DNA of 26,120 bases, taken from the IMG/VR virus record IMGVR_UViG_3300025769_000070; one strand, written 5' to 3'. The DNA comes from a virus (Duplodnaviria; Heunggongvirae; Uroviricota; Caudoviricetes). Shown here one piece after another: positions 24,384 through 26,120 of this stretch (within the stretch, counting starts at the first letter, position 1; the number at the start of each line of letters is the position of its first letter). The notes under the pieces were generated by a model. It saw nothing but the letters and a program-made list of their open reading frames with translations, was not told the origin of the DNA and searched no databases. A program made the translations under genes and the position numbers.

Positions 24384-25910
24384 TTAAGCCCCTTCATAGG
24401 TCCATTCAACGGAGAAAGAATATTGTCCAGTTTTAGGATTCCAAGACTCTTGTGGAGGTCCATAAAATACTCTTCCTGCTACAGCTACGCTGGAAGGATT
24501 ATATGTATTGTAAATAGCCTGTATTTCTCCAGTTCCAGGTTGGGTAAAAGTACAGCCAGATTGTGCCATTTGTGCTGTAATCTGAAGAGTCTTTTTAAAT
24601 TCGCTTCTTGAGTTTACATACTGAATTATTGGCTGACTTCGCCCAATCACTGGAGTAATACTAATTAATTGACCTGGATAGATATTACTAACTTGTATAT
24701 CTTCAGTAAGTGCATTTGCAATTGTATTACCGGGACGTGTATCAAAAGAAAGAGAATAGCTTATTGTGCCAGCGTTTGGGTTATGCCCTATCGCTTTAGA
24801 AGATGATGCGGAATTTAAACAAGTACTAGCATAAACCCCACTAGCTCTTTGATAAAGTTGACTATCGGAACAATTGCTGGAAAAAAAGGAAAGGGCATTG
24901 GCGTACTTATCTGTATTTTCATACATAGACCCGCTTTCAGCCAATCCTTGAATAGTCCCATTAATTGAAACCTTATTGAATCCGCTGAGATCATTATCTA
25001 TAGAGAAGGAAACTTCTTCAGTGGCGGGAATTGCCCCAGATTCATAAAGCGTCCATTCTTCTGAGATGGAATAATTGCCAGCATTCTGGTCAATATTTTC
25101 GGTAAATTTATGATTATAGTAGTTATAGCCCATATCCCCATAAGGGTCCAACCAACTACTAGGGGCATTTGCTGTTCCTATACCAATTACATTATGGACA
25201 TATCCACTAGCTTGCTGCCAAGCATCTAATCCATTAATGAATTCACCGCTTGCGGAATAAGCTCTTTGCCCCACAGCACTGACGTTATGAGTCAAGGTAT
25301 ATAGTCTTTTAATAGTATCAATTGATCCACCAGAAAATGTAGTGGAAAACTGATCTGATTCATTAATAGACCAAGTCTCATCTGCTGTACTTATATAATA
25401 TGTAAAGGCATCTTCTGAAGATTCATTAGAAAAGATACCATTTGAAGACTCAGTAAATGAAGTAGTTTTAAGAGTAATAGTATAGCCGCAACGATTTGTC
25501 CACCTAGATTGATCGTCGAAATCAATGGATTCTACATCGCAATAAGCTTTTATACCGGAAGATTCATTGAATCCGGTTATATGTAAAAGAATCTTATTTC
25601 CCGTAATTAATATACTACGCAATAACTCTTGCTTTTTCATGATTGACGTTAACATATTAGTTTCGTCAATACTTGAATTAATAGGATCATCGTTTGGGGT
25701 TTGAGTAGAATAAGCGGGGTCACCACTAAAGGCTACTGTGGGACTACTGCCTGTAGATGTAGGACTGCCCTTGTTATCCATTAACAGGCCAGTTAACGTA
25801 ATTGTATAATCTGCCCCTATTACTTTACCAGACCCTGTTTTTAAATAAGCCTTAGAAAAAGTAGCAGTAGGGGCCGGGACTATTAAATTAGAATCAATTG
25901 AGACTGGCAT
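24384..25910 (-). CDS. putative tail (distal-tail-like) structural protein
   Basis: 508 aa, S/T-rich beta-type composition; gene order. Confidence 0.55.
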   Translation of the reverse strand: MPVSIDSNLIVPAPTATFSKAYLKTGSGKVIGADYTITLTGLLMDNKGSPTSTGSSPTVAFSGDPAYSTQTPNDDPINSSIDETNMLTSIMKKQELLRSILITGNKILLHITGFNESSGIKAYCDVESIDFDDQSRWTNRCGYTITLKTTSFTESSNGIFSNESSEDAFTYYISTADETWSINESDQFSTTFSGGSIDTIKRLYTLTHNVSAVGQRAYSASGEFINGLDAWQQASGYVHNVIGIGTANAPSSWLDPYGDMGYNYYNHKFTENIDQNAGNYSISEEWTLYESGAIPATEEVSFSIDNDLSGFNKVSINGTIQGLAESGSMYENTDKYANALSFFSSNCSDSQLYQRASGVYASTCLNSASSSKAIGHNPNAGTISYSLSFDTRPGNTIANALTEDIQVSNIYPGQLISITPVIGRSQPIIQYVNSRSEFKKTLQITAQMAQSGCTFTQPGTGEIQAIYNTYNPSSVAVAGRVFYGPPQESWNPKTGQYSFSVEWTYEGA

Positions 25911-26120
25911 TATACAATATTCCCTGATTTAAGATCTTCTTTTAATTTATTAATTTCAGAAGTAATCCCTTCAAAAATTTGTGATTTTATCATCGGGGTC
26001 ATTCTTGATAAGAGTTCAGCACCATTTAATGTCACGGTAACTTGAGTAGGAGCTACTGTTAATGTTAGTTCTTTAGGTATAGAGTTAAATTGATCTACAG
26101 ACTCTTTAAACATGGCAAAA
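25910..26120 (-). CDS. C-terminal end of a gene running off the window, possibly tape measure protein
   Basis: frame stays open upstream of ATG 26113 to the window edge; one-base stop/start overlap with the next gene. Confidence 0.45.
   Translation of the reverse strand, partial: FAMFKESVDQFNSIPKELTLTVAPTQVTVTLNGAELLSRMTPMIKSQIFEGITSEINKLKEDLKSGNIV

Noticed and set aside
1-26120. Stop-codon reassignment (alternative genetic code)
   Set aside because: ORFs tile densely under the standard bacterial code, TAA, TAG and TGA all terminate genes, and no suppressor anticodon was seen.

Overview
AT-rich window from what is most likely a large tailed-phage genome. The + strand block (1-15847) holds small phage ORFs (YopX family, C5-methyltransferase-like), three tandem 'SQL'-tetrapeptide microproteins, the C-terminal half of a DnaE polymerase led by a split-intein C fragment, an SSB-like gene, a small sigma-70-family factor, a glycosyltransferase/NTP-transferase cluster, a Vsr/DUF559-like endonuclease, four tRNAs, a cupin and a Tat-signal DUF1501 protein. 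The - strand block (15869-26120) holds putative virion/tail genes, Cys-rich proteins, a SAM methyltransferase and a 2OG-Fe(II) oxygenase. The strongest finding is a circularly permuted (two-piece) tmRNA gene at ~12171-12507. Its CCA-ending acceptor piece lies upstream of the tag-coding piece, and G3-U70, cross-piece helices, pseudoknots and the tag ATRNYALSA can all be read from the sequence. The second is the split-intein DnaE-C, whose N-half is not in the window. Protein family calls rest on motif recognition by eye, not database searches. The Planctomycetota host guess is an inference from DUF1501.
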